Source: Bigelowiella natans CCMP2755 (taxonomy: Eukaryota > Protista > Cercozoa). Taken from it: a stretch of DNA of 64,000 nt. Location: NCBI GenBank assembly GCA_000320545.1, contig ADNK01000095.1, positions 10,303 to 74,302 on the forward strand. Reading direction: 5' to 3'. A program made the position numbers and the translations under genes. Below the pieces are notes generated by a model. It saw only the letters and a program-made list of their open reading frames with translations. It did not search any database and was not told where the DNA came from. This document shows, piece after piece, positions 63,954-64,000 of this stretch (positions within the stretch are counted from its first letter, which is position 1; every line of letters begins with the position of its first letter).

Positions 63954-64000
63954 AAAAATATGCAAAGAGGCCGAAAAAATTATGCTTTTGAGGGTGATAG
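63194..64000 (-). CDS. 3' portion of an EEP-superfamily (CCR4/nocturnin/angel/PDE12-like) nuclease; runs off the window
   Basis: Exons DPCYKLLKEG, KHFTYQG, YLIDYIMF, and final GLPNSWHPSDHLPLAALFQLPPVV* (IDYI and PSDH catalytic motifs). Confidence 0.8.
63673..64000. repeat. Inverted repeat of about 50 bp (63673-63720 vs 63951-64000) around (CA)/(TA)/(TG) microsatellites
   Basis: 63951-64000 is the reverse complement of exon sequence 63673-63720, with two 1-nt insertions and one substitution. Confidence 0.85.

Overview
Eukaryotic nuclear DNA, most likely from a unicellular protist (inferred from dense spliceosomal introns, microsatellites and gene content; the species cannot be named from the sequence). 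The window holds about 10 recognisable, mostly multi-exon genes: a membrane-anchored multicopper oxidase, a DxD glycosyltransferase-like protein, a SAM-methyltransferase-like protein, a DAO-family FAD oxidoreductase, a Pro/Thr-repeat protein, a YjjX-type ITP/XTPase, a GT47 exostosin, a four-domain voltage-gated cation channel, TrmO, an ankyrin-SAM protein and the 3' end of a CCR4/EEP nuclease. It also has one tRNA-Leu(CAG) and a complete, very young Ty3/Gypsy-order LTR retrotransposon (43420-49135; identical 326-bp LTRs, ACGC target-site duplication). Three observations stand out. (1) The retrotransposon polyprotein ends in an extra domain resembling the Dam-type adenine methyltransferase of DIRS elements, fused to an atypical DD(27)E integrase. 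(2) Several intergenic blocks are almost devoid of TpA while keeping CpG, suggesting a targeted TA->TG/CA mutational process opposite in direction to RIP. (3) The channel has a non-canonical A/D/S/D selectivity filter. Exon structures were assembled by eye, and gene starts are often uncertain.
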